A DNA stretch of 64,000 nt from contig JAAOMT010000515.1 of NCBI GenBank assembly GCA_016748015.1, forward strand, positions 124,001-188,000, written 5' to 3'. Position 1 is the first letter of the stretch, and each line of letters starts with the position of its first letter. Under the pieces are notes generated by a model. That model saw only the letters and a list, made by a program, of their open reading frames with translations. It did no database searches and was not told the origin of the DNA. Positions 1-13,361 of the stretch are shown in pieces. The translations under genes and the position numbers were made by a program. This DNA comes from Geosiphon pyriformis uo1. Lineage: Eukaryota > Fungi > Glomeromycota.

Positions 1-128
1 TTTTTTTCATTTTGAGCCGTGTTAACCAAAGATCGTAAAAAAATGGTATAAGTAGGAGTGGACTTGTTGACTGGGACTAGAGCCATCAAGATCGTTACAA
101 AGATAAAGAAAGTGGTTGGTGACATCAT
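1..128 (-). CDS. 5' end of a putative secreted protein (runs off window edge)
   Basis: Reverse strand from ATG at 128 reads MMSPTTFFIFVTILMALVPVNKSTPTYTIFLRSLVNTAQNEK... with no stop to base 1. Hydrophobic N-terminus resembles a signal peptide; TATAAA ~170 bp upstream on the minus strand. Confidence 0.5.
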   Translation of the reverse strand, partial: MMSPTTFFIFVTILMALVPVNKSTPTYTIFLRSLVNTAQNEK

Positions 129-1265
129 GAAATTGGTCTTGAGCTTTAAAAAAAATTGTAGAAAAAGATGTATCAAATTAATCTGATCGTAAATTATTAT
201 TTTTTTGTTAATTTTTTGAGGGCTTAAAATATTATTTTTTGGTTTTTTTTTTGGTTTTGAATTAAAAAGAAAACAAGTACGAAGGAGCAAGGAATTTATA
301 CAAGTTTTTCCAAATCATCTATGGTCAAAGAAAGCTTTTGAAACATAACTTAATTGAAAGATTGATGAAATCAATTTAAAAATTTAGTTTTCTTAAATGA
401 TTTGAATCAGAATAGATCATAATCAAAGCATATCATTGATATCGAGATTCTTTCGGGTTTGAAATTGGGTAAAAAAATTTCAAAGTGATAAAAATTTGAG
501 TCAAAAGATTTAAAAGTTTTAAATATTTTTTAAATTTTGAAAAGCTTGAAAAATAAAAATCTCTAATTTAATCTTTTAATTTCCCATATAAAACTGAAGA
601 TTTTAATAAAAATTAAAAAATTTAAATATTAACTCTTTGATGATTTATTTCTGAGTTAATCTTGCTAAAAATTATAATAAGTAACCGAGGATGAAGAAAA
701 TATTTTCATATATTTCCAAAAAATATAAATGATTATTTTAAATTAAAAACATCATATATATGTATATATTGACATTATAATCACAAATATTTCTATCTAA
801 TTTTAAATTACAAAGAATATTATTCAAATAATTAAACTGAGAAAAGAGATTTTTAGGATATATATATATATTTTTTTGTCTATCGAAATTGAAAAACTTG
901 TTTACATGAAAAATAATTTTAATTTCTTAGTGATTGTGTAGTAATAACGTGAACATATTCATGCTCTCTAAATTAATTTGCCCTACATCCTTGTTTTCAG
1001 AAATTTGACAAACCTTGATGAAAATGAAAAAGCTAATCTTCGAAATGAAAAGTGATTTTAAATTCATCTGATGCGACAAATTTCTTTAAAAAAAATATAT
1101 ATTATAGAAAATTATATGATCTAAACTTTTGAGGCCACAAAAAAAATATAAATAAATCAATATTATTATTGTGTATTAAAAGGTTTATTTAAAACATGAA
1201 TCTACTACACTCTAAAAAATTAAAAGAAGTCTTTATTAGATTAACTGAAAATTTATTTTATATCT

Positions 1266-1592
1266 CTATTTTAATGCTTCAGTGTTCCCATTTTTACACA
1301 CTTCACCATCTTTCAAACAGTTTATCTCCTTTTTCGCCTTCGCTTCAGCTACCTTTCTTCTATTTTCCTCGAGAGCGGATTTTACATGTCTTGCATGTCG
1401 ACTTAACCAGGTTGAGATTAAAACTAATTCACGTAAATCTTCCTCATGATTTAGATGCCGAAGTTTTGTGTAAGAAAGTTCACATATATATCTAAAACTT
1501 ATGTTTTTTTTTGAAGTTTGGGTTTGAACTAGAATGTCTTCATTAATTAGAATGTTATTTTTATCCCCAATTTCTTTATTATATCCCGTCAT
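1266..1592 (-). CDS. Small 108-aa protein with SERTA-like motif
   Basis: Single ATG-initiated ORF in AT-rich surroundings. ICELSYTKLRHLNHEEDLRELVLISTWL follows the SERTA pattern (I.nlS..KL.....e..Lr..VLI), then a charged helix. Confidence 0.6.
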   Translation of the reverse strand: MTGYNKEIGDKNNILINEDILVQTQTSKKNISFRYICELSYTKLRHLNHEEDLRELVLISTWLSRHARHVKSALEENRRKVAEAKAKKEINCLKDGEVCKNGNTEALK

Positions 1593-2335
1593 TTGTGTAA
1601 AAATTAAAGGTAAATAGATGCAAAGTTTAAAGTATGAACTGCAGCTGGGGGTGTTGAGATATAATTAACAAGTTATTTAAAAATTTTGATTTTTCTTTTA
1701 GAATGTACTTTTAATGGACCTTTTTATATTATATATAAATCATTTTTTTAAATTGCTCTCTGTAGTAAATAATAAAAAAAACCTTATTCTGATTAATTTT
1801 TTTTCATTGAATGATTTCTTGATTATTTCGTAAAATCATCGTGATGATATCACAATATTATTCAGTGATATCGCAATTGATAGGAAAGATTTCAAAAATT
1901 ATTTATTACATTGATAATTATCAGGATCTTTGACATATAACTTCAAGAAGTCTGATTTCTCAGTCACTTATTTGGATAAATCTCTTGCTTTTATTGGGTA
2001 ATTAAAAGCTTTTAACATTGGAAATTTCTTTTTTTTTTTCTTTTTTTTTTTTTTTTGAAATTTGCCATTTGTCCTCCCCTAATTCATTAAAGCGTCTTTT
2101 ATATGTAAAACAATTACATTGATTTTTTTTATTTGGAGTTTTTCGATTGGATTCTTTTACTCAAATATTGTGTAAACCATCTGAATCAAATTGGAATAGT
2201 GAACATAGATGATAACATGAAATGTATTGTGAATCTAAAAGCAAAAATTTTATGTTGTGTGAAGCAAATTCCCAAATGCTGCGAAACAACTCTACTGATT
2301 ATTACATTCCTAAAAAATCCATTGAAAATTGAAAT

Positions 2336-2360
2336 GATTTGATTTGATTTGATTTGATTT
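2336..2360 (+). repeat. (GATTT)n microsatellite
   Basis: Direct pentanucleotide run. Confidence 0.9.
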
Positions 2361-3844
2361 GGAAAAATATTAAATTTCAACAAAATTTATTTAACCTTTG
2401 TTCAACGTCCCCGTTATAATTTCAAGAAATCTTTCATCGTATTCACATTATCGAAATGTGTTACTTGATAAATGAAAAGCTTTTTTTTTGATTATTTGGT
2501 GATTGGCTTTTTTGGCAAATTCTACATTGCCCAATTTGTGTCTGTTCAAATTTTATGACGCCATCAAATCGGTTTTAAATAGATAGAAGGTCATTTAATA
2601 CGGGAAATATAAAAAAAGAAAGACAAATTTTTTTAGAAAAGATTTCTAAAAATTTATTAAAAATTATAATTTTTTTTAATATTTGCTCGAAAACAATCGT
2701 TTAATGTGTGTGTGTGTGTGTGTGAGGGATTTCATTTAGTCAAGTTCAAAGCTCAATAATAACCAATGAAAACTATGTTAATTTTGATTTATAAAAGCCT
2801 TGAGGTATAGCCAATACATCTTAAATGTTGGATTAACTATTAAAATAATATGCATATAAAAATATTAGTATCAAATCACAAGAATAAATGAAATATCCCT
2901 TCATAATTGTAAAGAGCTTCAGTCTCATGATCAATACTTTAATGTAAAAAATAGATTTTATTATAATAGTTTTGAATAGGAAGCTCTTAGAATTCTAAAT
3001 CTGAAAAAGAGCATCTAAACTTTTTCAAATTTATTTACAGAGACTAAACATAAAAAAAGGTCACAGGAAATTATTTAAATTTTTCCGAAAAAAAAACAAA
3101 AAGTTTCACAAATTCCCGGGAATCTCCTTTATTTCATAACCAAAGTTGTTATTTGATGGTACATTCAATTAATTGCTCAAAAAGCATAAGCACATGTCAC
3201 CATTGAATGGTCCTTTATTTATTGAAAAAATAATTAACTCGAGTATATCAGAGAAACAATTATCACCTTTTCACTGCACCATATAATTTTAGTCATCGTC
3301 TTTAATTGAAGGATTAATTCAAAAAAAAAATGTGAATTTTTGTTTCTTTTCATAGATATATAGAGAAATACTTTTTTAAAAAAAAATAGTTTCCAAAAAA
3401 TTAAATTTTTATATCAAACATAAAACAACTACAAAGTCCCAAGTCTTTCGTTATATGAAATCCCAAGTGACTGGAATTTAACGAAAAAAAAATATCTGAA
3501 ATACAATTCATAAATCCTTGAGAAATTCACAATCATTGATCTGGTTGTTACATAATTTAAATTATCACCTGATGGGCTATACAAATCAAATTAGATATTG
3601 GATAACGAAATTAGCATCGCTTATATGCCTCATTCAAGTAACTAATTTGATGATTAATTGAAAAATGTTGGTTTATCTGCTTTTGAGGGAATAAACATTA
3701 TCGCATGCATGCACACGAGGTCAGATTTATTTGAAAAGTTCCCAGAAAAATTTTCAATTTGGAATTATGGATAATTCCGAAAGACTTGGTGTTGGATATT
3801 GTTCAATGGAGCTATCGAAAAAGCTTGAGTAAAAGAAATTTATT

Positions 3845-4821
3845 TCAATGTCGAAAATTTGTAAATCGTTGTTGTTTACTAAAGAATTTTTTGTTGTTGT
3901 TGTTCTTGTCAATAGCTTGAACATAAGGAATACTTTTCATAAAAAATTCAACTTGAATTTTTTTGCCTTGAGAATCCATCCATGCATATATCGTAAATAC
4001 GCCAAAATAATACGCGCCAAAGCTTGCAAGAATATGCCACAATGCATGAAATTGTGGATTGAAAGGAAGAAATGAATCTTTTCCACCATTTAGATACTCA
4101 CAAGCATATTGTTCAGTTATCCAAAGAGAAAATGCAAATAAGTATGCAAAGAGACCACATTTGAAAAGATACTTCATTGCTGCTCTAGAATTTTTTTGGT
4201 TGAGATAGAGCCGTATCATCAGGAACACAGCTGAGATTTGTAAAATTGCAAATGAACATCGAAACAAAATTGCTTGAAGATTCCCTTTCGTCAGCGTTGA
4301 CGCTGCTGTAGTTGTTATGAAGAGAACAGTTTGAGTTATCAGAAGCCAGTTACCCTGCAAACCATAATTTGCCTCGAAAAGTGGATGCAGTAGAATTGAG
4401 GCTGAAAAAAGCATTGGAACCTAAAAAAAGGAATAATATAATGAATCAGAAATTTTAATTTTAATTCAGTTCAACTGCTCTTTTAAAAAAATCTTAATAC
4501 CTCATCAAGTGTTTGCATTTCTTTTGTTAATGTTCCATGAAACAAGAAACTCCCAATACCAACAACTGTTAACAAACGAAACCCGAGTCGTAGACGAGGA
4601 TTGTGATTTGCGTTAATTTTCAATCCAACTTCACCCATTATTATAATTGCGATGCTGGACATGGTATTCCAAAACCTGCAAAGTGAAAGTAAGCAGAATA
4701 AATATGGTTCTTAAAATTGATCGTGTTCAATACCAAAAACTTACTCAGCAATGTAATATGAATAGACATAGTTCGACTCGCACCAATCTACAGAACTAGT
4801 TGTTGGCCAAAATCCCTTCAT
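3845..4821 (-). CDS. Alkaline ceramidase (ACER3/Ypc1/Ydc1 family, CREST superfamily)
   Basis: Exons 4821-4745, 4675-4501, 4420-3845 with GT-AG introns give MKGFWPTTSSVDWCESNY...IAEFWNTMSS...GIGSFLFHGTL...QTLDEVPML...FHALWH, the diagnostic ceramidase motifs. Confidence 0.93.
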
Positions 4822-6631
4822 TTATTAGTAAAAATTTTTTTCTTTTAAAAAAAATTGTTGGAGAAAGATATTCTATGATTAAATTCCCAAAAATAAAAAT
4901 ACCAAAGTCTCAAAATATTCTGCTCTCCCAAAGCCATTTTATCAGAATTATTCAAATAAGTATGACACTGGAAATAATATGATTACATGAGACACAATTG
5001 CATATCTTTTGTTAGAAATTAAGGATTCACTCAGTACACATTAACTTTTACTTGAAATATTATTCATTTCCAATTAAGGATACAACCGTTTTTGGAAGTA
5101 TAATCGGGTATTGACCCTCATTTAAAGATTAAACTCTTAAGCTATTTAGATACCTTCAAGGAATTAAATGCTTTGGACTGACCCTCTAAATTGTTTTTTA
5201 AAGTAATTAAAATGGAGGCCTGGGATAACTTTTTAACGTAATCGGGATGAAAAATCATTTTTTCTGAATAGAAAAAGAGTTTATCAATTTTTACATTGTT
5301 TAAAGTTATCCCGCTGATCAGAACAAAATAATTTTTTTTTTATGACAAAGTAATCATGGGATAACTTTTTAAGAGTGAGTTTTAAAATTTGAGAAAAATT
5401 TTTTACTCCCCTATTATTTCATATTTATTTTGTCTATAGATTATTCAAACATTGGATCCATAAATTTCATCATCATGCAATCATTAAAAAAGTCTAAAAG
5501 CTTACAATCGATCTTTTCTTCCTTTGAGTGAACAATAAAATTTGCAATTTATTTTCCCTACTCCTTTTTAATTATCTATATTTTTTCTCAATTTCCAATT
5601 TGGTTATTTAAAAGTTCTATGCGGAAATCTTTTGAAAGATCATAAAAATTGAAATAATGATAACATAATTACTTTGTTCACATCTTTTTACAATCAATTA
5701 TTCTGAAGCTTGTATTGAATAATCGGGCTTTTATGAAAAAAAATTCAATCTTACATATTTTTATTAATAAGATAAATTTTCTGTCTGTTTTTAAGGGATC
5801 AATTTAAAATTGGTAAATTTCATTAATTTTCTAACAATTTCCAGATTAAAAATTTCATGTGTCATCATCATAAAACTATAAAAGCTATATCTCGAACATT
5901 CTATTAATAGGTTTGTACTATCGTTTATTCATTTACAATTTACATTAGGACAAAGTGATCCTGGGTGTCAATTTCTAAAGCCAAAACTTTTCTAGTAAAA
6001 ATCTTTTTTAATTTTTACAATATCATCACATTACTTTTTACTTTACTAAATCTTTTTCCAATCTAATTTCCAAAGATGTATATACATAGCATATACAAGG
6101 TACCGCCAGTTCGAGATGAAAGGATATTTTATAATCCTGAGGAAGATATTTGCGGTTTCAATAAAAAAGAATAATTCGTTTGTAGTCGCACTCTCCTATT
6201 TTGATTTAAATTAATAAAATTTAGACTAGAGTCCAAGTAATAATACTATTTGTAGGAGAAATTTCTTTTAAGAAAGTTTCGAATCCTGAATTTTATCTCA
6301 TTTAGGGATATAGTTATAGAATCAATATTTAATTTTTATGTCTGATATTTTATCTCACATTGTTTATTTTTAATTGCGATTTTTACACAAATCAAGACTA
6401 CTTTTCTGAGAAGCTTTTTACAAAACAGAATGACAGTGACTATCGTATAACAACCATTTTATTCCTCAAAAGATTTCAAAGAATTGAATATTCAAAAACT
6501 TATTCGAGCGTTTAGATAAACAGGAATTTATCAAAGGTTAGATTCATTTTCAGTTAAATATTAATACAAATTGAATTTGTAAATTCATGAAAATTGAAAA
6601 ATCTCAACAGGTATGCTAAAAAAAGTTGAAT

Positions 6632-7571
6632 TTATTTTCGGGGTTTAAGAATATTCCAAAGAGTTTCTATTGCTTCCGAGTCCCCATCAATATGTGCCCT
6701 TCGAAGCAGTTTTATAGCTTGATGATTATCATTCTTCATACGTTGTTCAATACTCGCTAAAAGTCTTTCAGCTTTTAAACAAGCATTTTCAGCCGCTTTT
6801 TGAAGCCAGAAGGATGCTTTATGAAATTTATGTTGGTGAAGTAAGATCATTCCCAAAGTTAATTGAGCTTCCCAATGTCCACCTTTGGCCGCTTTCTGAT
6901 ACCATTCAAACTCTTCTTTCCAATTGCTTCGATTCTGACCATACCATGATCCTATTAATAAGAAAGTCGATTTATTTTTAATTTGAGAAAATATTATGCT
7001 TGCTTTATTCTTAGAAAAGGATAAAAATTATAATACCCAAACAAAACATGCCACCAGGATTACCCCGAAGTGCCACAGCTCTCAAGTTTTCCAATGCTCT
7101 GTTTAGATCACGCGAGATACCATCACCATAGGTATAACACCGCCCGATGCTAATTTGCGCAATATCGGATCCCAGTTTCGCGGATTCTTTCCACAATTGA
7201 TATGCTTTATTCTTATCGGGAAAGGGAATAGAGCGTATACCTCCAACGTTATAGTAGTGTGCTACTTGATACTCCCCAATAAACATATTTTTTTTAGCAG
7301 CTTCTTTATACCATTGATATGATTTCTCAGGATCAGGTAATGTTCCAATTCCATGACCATAGAAAAATCCTAAAAGATGAGGATATTGCAGGTAATTTTC
7401 TTCTTGCAAAAGAAGTTCCATTATATCTCGAGGATCAATTTTCTTTTTTCTCATCCATCTTTTAACATAAGGGAGAATCTTTGGATCACTTTGAAAAATG
7501 CGAGTTGAATTTAAGTGTATATTAGAAAGCTCTTCAAGTATTTCTCTTTGTAAATATATATTATTTAGCAT
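6632..7571 (-). CDS. Sel1-like repeat (SLR) protein
   Basis: Exons 7571-7037 and 6951-6632 join in frame. Repeats of the LGFFYGHGIGT..D..KSYQWYKEAA, AQISIGRCYTYGDGISRD, FEWYQKAAKGGH.EAQ type. Confidence 0.88.
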
Positions 7572-7797
7572 TATTTGAGGGTAAGAACGGAGAAAAAGTT
7601 CTCTACGCTCTTTTTTATAATATAAGAATTTGATCGGCTATAACAAGATTTCTTTATTTGGATGAAAAAAAAAATTTTTTACATTTTTAATGAAAGTTGT
7701 TTAAATCGATTAATCTTTAAACATTAAAATCACGTGAAATGGTGCATGAGAAAAACTAAATATATATTGATTTAATAGAACCACCACACATCGTGTC

Positions 7798-9730
7798 ATG
7801 CCTCCAAAAAGAACTATCGAAGACAACGTGGGTGTCTCCCAGCGAAGATCTTCCCGATGACGAACCCAGTGTTTGTGACATTCAATACGAAATCATAAGA
7901 AGAGAAAAGTCGTCGTGCGCTGCAAGCACGCATATTCTTAAAGTAAATGCTCTCGAAGACGACCAATATAAAGTTTTAAACGATGCTTTATTCCATGAAC
8001 ATGAAGAAAATTTCGTCACGTTAAAGGACTCCTTTCAGATATCAAAAATTAATCCGATAATAACCAGTGTTCGTACAGGTAACGACTTCGTGACTAAGGC
8101 GTTAGGGACATAAAGTAGAGCATACATAGACATAATAATATGGTTTTCTTATATTATGAATTTATCAGGAGAATGTTACTATAGCGAGAGTTGACTTTTT
8201 CATTTATGATGCTCATATTGTGTATTCCATGTTACCTTTTATCTCCATCCATCCACCCCGCCCATCTGTCCACCATTTCTGCTATTTTGATTTTCCTCGT
8301 TTTCACTGCATTTAAACGATTTGTTTCTTAACCACTCTCTCTTGTTCTTTCGTTTCTTTTCTGTGTACCCCCACTCACTTATCCCTCCAAGGTCAATCTG
8401 ATCAGAAACGCCCTCGTAAGTTATTACTAGCAGAATGAGAGCTGGAGTCTATTACATGTATATCTTATTTCACTAATACCCGTTCTTTTATAGGGGAAGA
8501 CATTGCTGGAAAAATTTGCTGCTCATAAAAAGGCTAGAACCACGCTTCCGACTTTGACAGATCTAATAGCCTATCTCGATCAGCCTCTTCCCGACGATAT
8601 GAAAATACTTGTCACCCAAAGCGAGTTTGATAGGTTTATTAGCAACGACGTTATGGAATATTACTCAAAAAAACAGCTCGAGACTTTGCTCGAGGTCAAC
8701 GAAAATCAGTCCTCTTTCCGTATTCTTTATGAGATAGTGGACAAGATTATTTTCGGGAAGCCACTTTGGGCTAACCCAATTGAGAATGCTTACATCACCT
8801 TCTGGGACAATAATATCAGAGCATCTATCGAGTTTTTTTTTATGGAAAAGATGAAAACGGTGAATCAATTCGAGATACACGAGGACCTTGAGTCAGAGCC
8901 CCGACTACGCTTATATTCTTCAAGAGGTCTGTTCTTATAGAGGAGAAGAGAAATTTTCAGCCTCTATTGAAGACCCGAGAGCCGAACTTGAGAATAAACT
9001 TGATTGGACATACGAAGCCACTCCATATGTCTTAGGTAAGATCCCATCTTCCTGAAAATTTTGCATGTATGTTTGACTGTGATAGATTTTTCCCTATATC
9101 ACCACAGGTTACTATGCCAAAGGACCCTCCGTGACATTTGTTGCTATGATGCGTCCTTTAGAAATGAAAGGTCATCCAGAAATCTTCGACATCATAAATG
9201 CAGACCAAAGTTCTAGGGTAGCACGCCTTAAGAACCTGGAAAGAATAAGCAATATATGCTGGCTTTTCAATCATATACTATCATTATGGGAAACCGTCAT
9301 GAAAAAGAGTTTCTTCCTATTAAAAAGTGAGTTGATGAATTGGTGAATTCATTCAAGGTTTTCATTATGTAATTTTTAATTGTGACTTTTCCTTTTCCAC
9401 CAAAGTCCAGAGGTGTTTATACTATAGAAATTACAGGCACAAACATATGCTCCTCACTATATGAATGCCTCAACTTGTGTTACTAAGTTGGAGCAGGTAT
9501 ACAAATTGCTGGCAGATAAAAATGTACCAAACACCGTCACACTCATATGTTCTGTCAATGATAGCACTAATCATGAAAATGTGGTATATCTTAAACCGAA
9601 AGGGGGTTATCTTATAAAGGAGGCAAGGAAATCTTTCCTTAATTTCCCAAGAGATTTCCTGGAAAAAGGCGTGGATAAGGGGTTCACCAAGGCCAGATGC
9701 TAAAACTGCTTTAGCAGCAATGGAGCAGTA
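7798..9730 (+). pseudogene. Crinkler (CRN)-type PD-(D/E)xK nuclease + protein-kinase-like pseudogene
   Basis: Fragments MPPKRTIEDN...(TGA); microexon 8392-8415; ENAYITFWDNNIR; SPDYAYILQEVCSYRGEEK...DPRAELENKLDWTYEATPYVLG|YYAKGPSVTFVAM; VYKLLADKNVPN...VYLKPKG; GYLIK; RPDAKTAL. Several frameshifts and a premature stop. Confidence 0.78.
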
Positions 9731-9789
9731 TGTCTTTCGTTTAAAACTAATAAAAATGATGACACTGATTTTTATTTTATCCATGACCT

Positions 9790-11270
9790 ATTTGAAAATT
9801 AATCAAATGTATGAATGCGCAGGTGAAAAGTATAAATGTAAATAATTGCATAATTTTCAATATTTGTTTTTGTATTGTATAATGTATTAATTTTGCATTT
9901 AATAAACTTTAAGAAATTTATCTCTAAAAGCTTTTAATTCACATTTGTGTTTTTAAGAGTTAAAGTAAATGTAAAACTGCTTTTCAAAAATATTATTAAA
10001 GGCAAGAAATCACAATGATGTACATGTATCATTATTTTAAAACTTATAAAGTAAACGTGCATTATCAAATTAAAAATAAAACAATTTATTTTTTATAAAT
10101 ATAAATATAAATATAATTTTTTTTACATAAAACATTTTTAATAATTCAATTAAAAACAATAAATAAAAGTGTAATAAGTATTAATTAGTATTTAAAAAAC
10201 TTATATTATTAAATTACAATATGTTTTTTTGTCAAAAAGTATATTAAAAATTGATTAAATTGAATGAAAATTATTTAATAACAAATAATATTGTATTATA
10301 TAATAATATAAAACAAATGCTATAATAGAAAACCAAAATACCAATTACTTATATTTTTTTTCAATAAAAATAAGTTATAAATCAGTTTATTAATATTTTT
10401 TTATAGATTTCAAAAAAAGTAGCATGTTAAAAATATTATATTTCAACAAGTTAAAATATTAATTAATATTTTAAATTTAAATTATAAATCCAAAAATAAA
10501 TTTGCATAATAATAATAATAATAATATTTTAGAATAATTCATATTATAATACTTAAAAAATAGCTTAAAAAATATAAAAAACATAAAATTCTTATTTTTC
10601 TGTTAATTTAGTATTTTTGTTATAATATTTTTATTTTTATTTAATTTTACCAAAAATTTTTTTATACTTTTTAATAAGTTTTAAATTACAAATTATTTTA
10701 CAAATATTATATAAGTTATTTAAGAACTTAAAATTTAAATAAATAGAATTTGCAAATAATAAAAATTACAAAATAAATTATATTTTAAAATATGTAAAAA
10801 ATTTTCTTTTTTAAGCCAGCTAAAAAGTTATAATAAATTAATTTATCACTTATTTTTATTGAAAAAAATAATGAATTTATTAATTTTAATAAAATTTATA
10901 AAAAAACTTTAATAGTAATAGCCATATTTAGTTATTTAGATTTTTATTATAACATTATTTTTATATTATTATGCAGCTGTTATATAAAACTATTTTAAAA
11001 ATTTCTTTGGTTTTTCATATTTAGTTATCACATATTTTTATGTACAATTTGTCTAATTATCTTAAAATTTTTAATATTACTGTAAAGTAATGATTATACA
11101 TAAAAAAATAACCATATAAAGTGAAATATATGAAAATTATCTATATTAAATCAACTGTGGAGCCTAAAAATTACAGCATTTTCTTTTAAAGTAAAAGCAA
11201 AACAAAAAAATTGCTTTTTATATTTTTAAAATATCTGACAGCAAATCTATTAAATTACATATGAGATCTA
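9790..11270. repeat. Hyper-AT block 1, probable hypermutated repeat/TE relic
   Basis: Sharp drop in GC, near absence of CpG and CC/GG, no ORFs. Confidence 0.55.
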
Positions 11271-11549
11271 TCAAGAACCCAAAGAAATGGCCAAAAAACG
11301 AATATTTCGAGAGCCTACCAAGAAACGAAAATATTAGAATAAAAGATTGCATGAATTACCTATTTTGCATTTATTTTATATAGAGTAACCCTATATCATG
11401 TGATTTTTTGTATTGAATTTTTTCTTCGATGAGAAGAATCGGGCTTGACTGATAATTTTTTGGGCGATAATACGTTCCGTAAAGAATAGTTTGGGTAGAT
11501 TGGTAAAAGGTGTTCGGATAATCTTCTAAATAAATACAGATGGACGAAA

Positions 11550-12900
11550 ACTATAAGAGCGCACGCCCATTAGCACTCACAATGGGGGTTCTGATACGGA
11601 GGCCAATGAAAGAGCTCATTGAAATTTTTTAGGTGAGGCAAGAAAGGTATGCCGCGGGTGAATACGACAAGCGAGTTCGATAATTGAGATTCCTAAGGGT
11701 AGAACTGCAAATGAGTAAATTTCGCATAATCTTATTTGTGAAACATAGTACACTGATCTCTATATATATTGAATCAATCAAAATGACTAATCCTTTGTCA
11801 TGCTGATCTTTCCTCTAGAAACAGAAAATTTTTTTTTATAAATAAACACAGATGTTATCATATTGCAAGATTACATCCTCCCTTCCCTTCCCTTCCCTTC
11901 CCTTCCCTTCCAAACGCTTCGTATTCAATTATACGGTGAGTTATGGTGCTCTAGGTTCTAGATAAAGTATATTATTTAGTTTAAAGAGTGAAATGATGAA
12001 TAAACGAAAGATTCTTCTTTCCCCATCTTATCGACCATGGTGATTCTTATGCTGCTCCTCTCGCTAAGGAGTAAATACTAGCCAGTATCCCAAACTGATC
12101 ACTCAAATAAAAAGCAGTACTCGACTAGTCTAATGCGATTAACAAAGTTAACCATATTAACTCAGTTTTTCCTTTGAACATATCCAGGTCTATCACCCAA
12201 GTTCCTCGCCCCCCATACTGTAAGTTATTTAATATCTTGAAGCGATAAAATATGAGTCTTTATAAGCTTCTATTAGTTGAGTTTGTATGATGAATATACC
12301 ATAATTCGCAGTTTCCACCGAAAGGATTAAGTTCCTCGTGATGGTTAACAATCTTCCTTGGATGTCTGACTTCAAATTCTACCCATACTATTAAATCGCT
12401 TTTATTGAAAGCTTTTCTCACTAACAAGCTTTCTTACATCTTTATTTTCATGTCATCGTTCGTCGTGTTCTTATATCATGCGACGCCGTTAAAAAAAATT
12501 ATTTTCACAAAAGGTGAAAGATAAATTTTATTACTCTGTTGTGATGTTAGTTGTGTTGGTAATGTTGCTATGTCTGTTGTGCTAATGGTATTACTTTGGA
12601 TCTGCTGCGATGTCTGCTAGTGGGTATTACTTTGCGTCTGCCGTGATCTCTGTTGTGCTGGTCATATCGATCAGGCTGGCATTTATCTCTTTTGCTTTAA
12701 TAGAATGTCTTATATTGTGGCTAACAGGGTGTCCCCACCAGCTGGAAGGTAGTAAACTGCATTTTGTGTTTTTTTCACTACGGAATATAATTTATCTTTT
12801 ATTCAACTCGAACTATTTCAGGATCAAAGCCACAGTTAATTTTAGCCCATGGTTGAACATGATAATGAATATGAAAGCGCGATCTCTTGAGGCACTAAAA
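11550..12900 (-). pseudogene. Heavily decayed gene remnant (possibly a REase-like family expanded in Glomeromycotina)
   Basis: GC-richer than flanks. Minus-strand fragments TWVIDLDMFKGKTELIW and SIIELAC plus a Q/T/S-rich internally repeated segment at 12540-12670; many stops and shifts. Confidence 0.3.
11880..11910 (+). repeat. (CCCTT)n microsatellite
   Basis: Direct pentanucleotide run. Confidence 0.9.
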
Positions 12901-13361
12901 TTTTCCGGTGGTCTATGAGCCACGTGATTTTTTCATGAGAACTGGGAATCTTTTAAAAGGCTTCTGCACCGATGCCGCCAAAATCAGTTCGCGAAAATGA
13001 TAGGTAGGACCTGGTTTTGGTGTTCTTTAGATTAAGCCTTTAGTTCATTGGGCTTACAAGACACGCGAGGGTACCAGTAGTATCCAATCAAAAATACTTG
13101 GGTAATTTTTCTTTGCTTATTTTTTTACAGATTATCTAATTCTGGTGAAAATCTTACCCTTACGTCCTTAATTTTGGACCAAATTTTTGGATATATATTT
13201 AAGATTAACTAAACTGAAATAAACAAAGCAAACGCATTCTTTTGTTACAAACAAAATGAAGTTGAACAAGAGCTTTCGGAAGACCTTAGTAGAGGCAGGT
13301 AATCTAGAGCGGAGGTTTATTTCTGCTTAAAGTGTTAGCTTACTTCACCTTGTTCACTCAA

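Noticed and set aside
4822-4937. Upstream first exon for the ceramidase (ATG at 4937)
   Set aside because: The obvious GT-AG splice gives the wrong phase, whereas ATG 4821 yields the canonical ..GFWP..S.VDWCE start directly.
11420-11720. Possible ncRNA in a GC-richer patch
   Set aside because: No recognisable tRNA, snRNA or snoRNA boxes; better explained as a decayed coding remnant.
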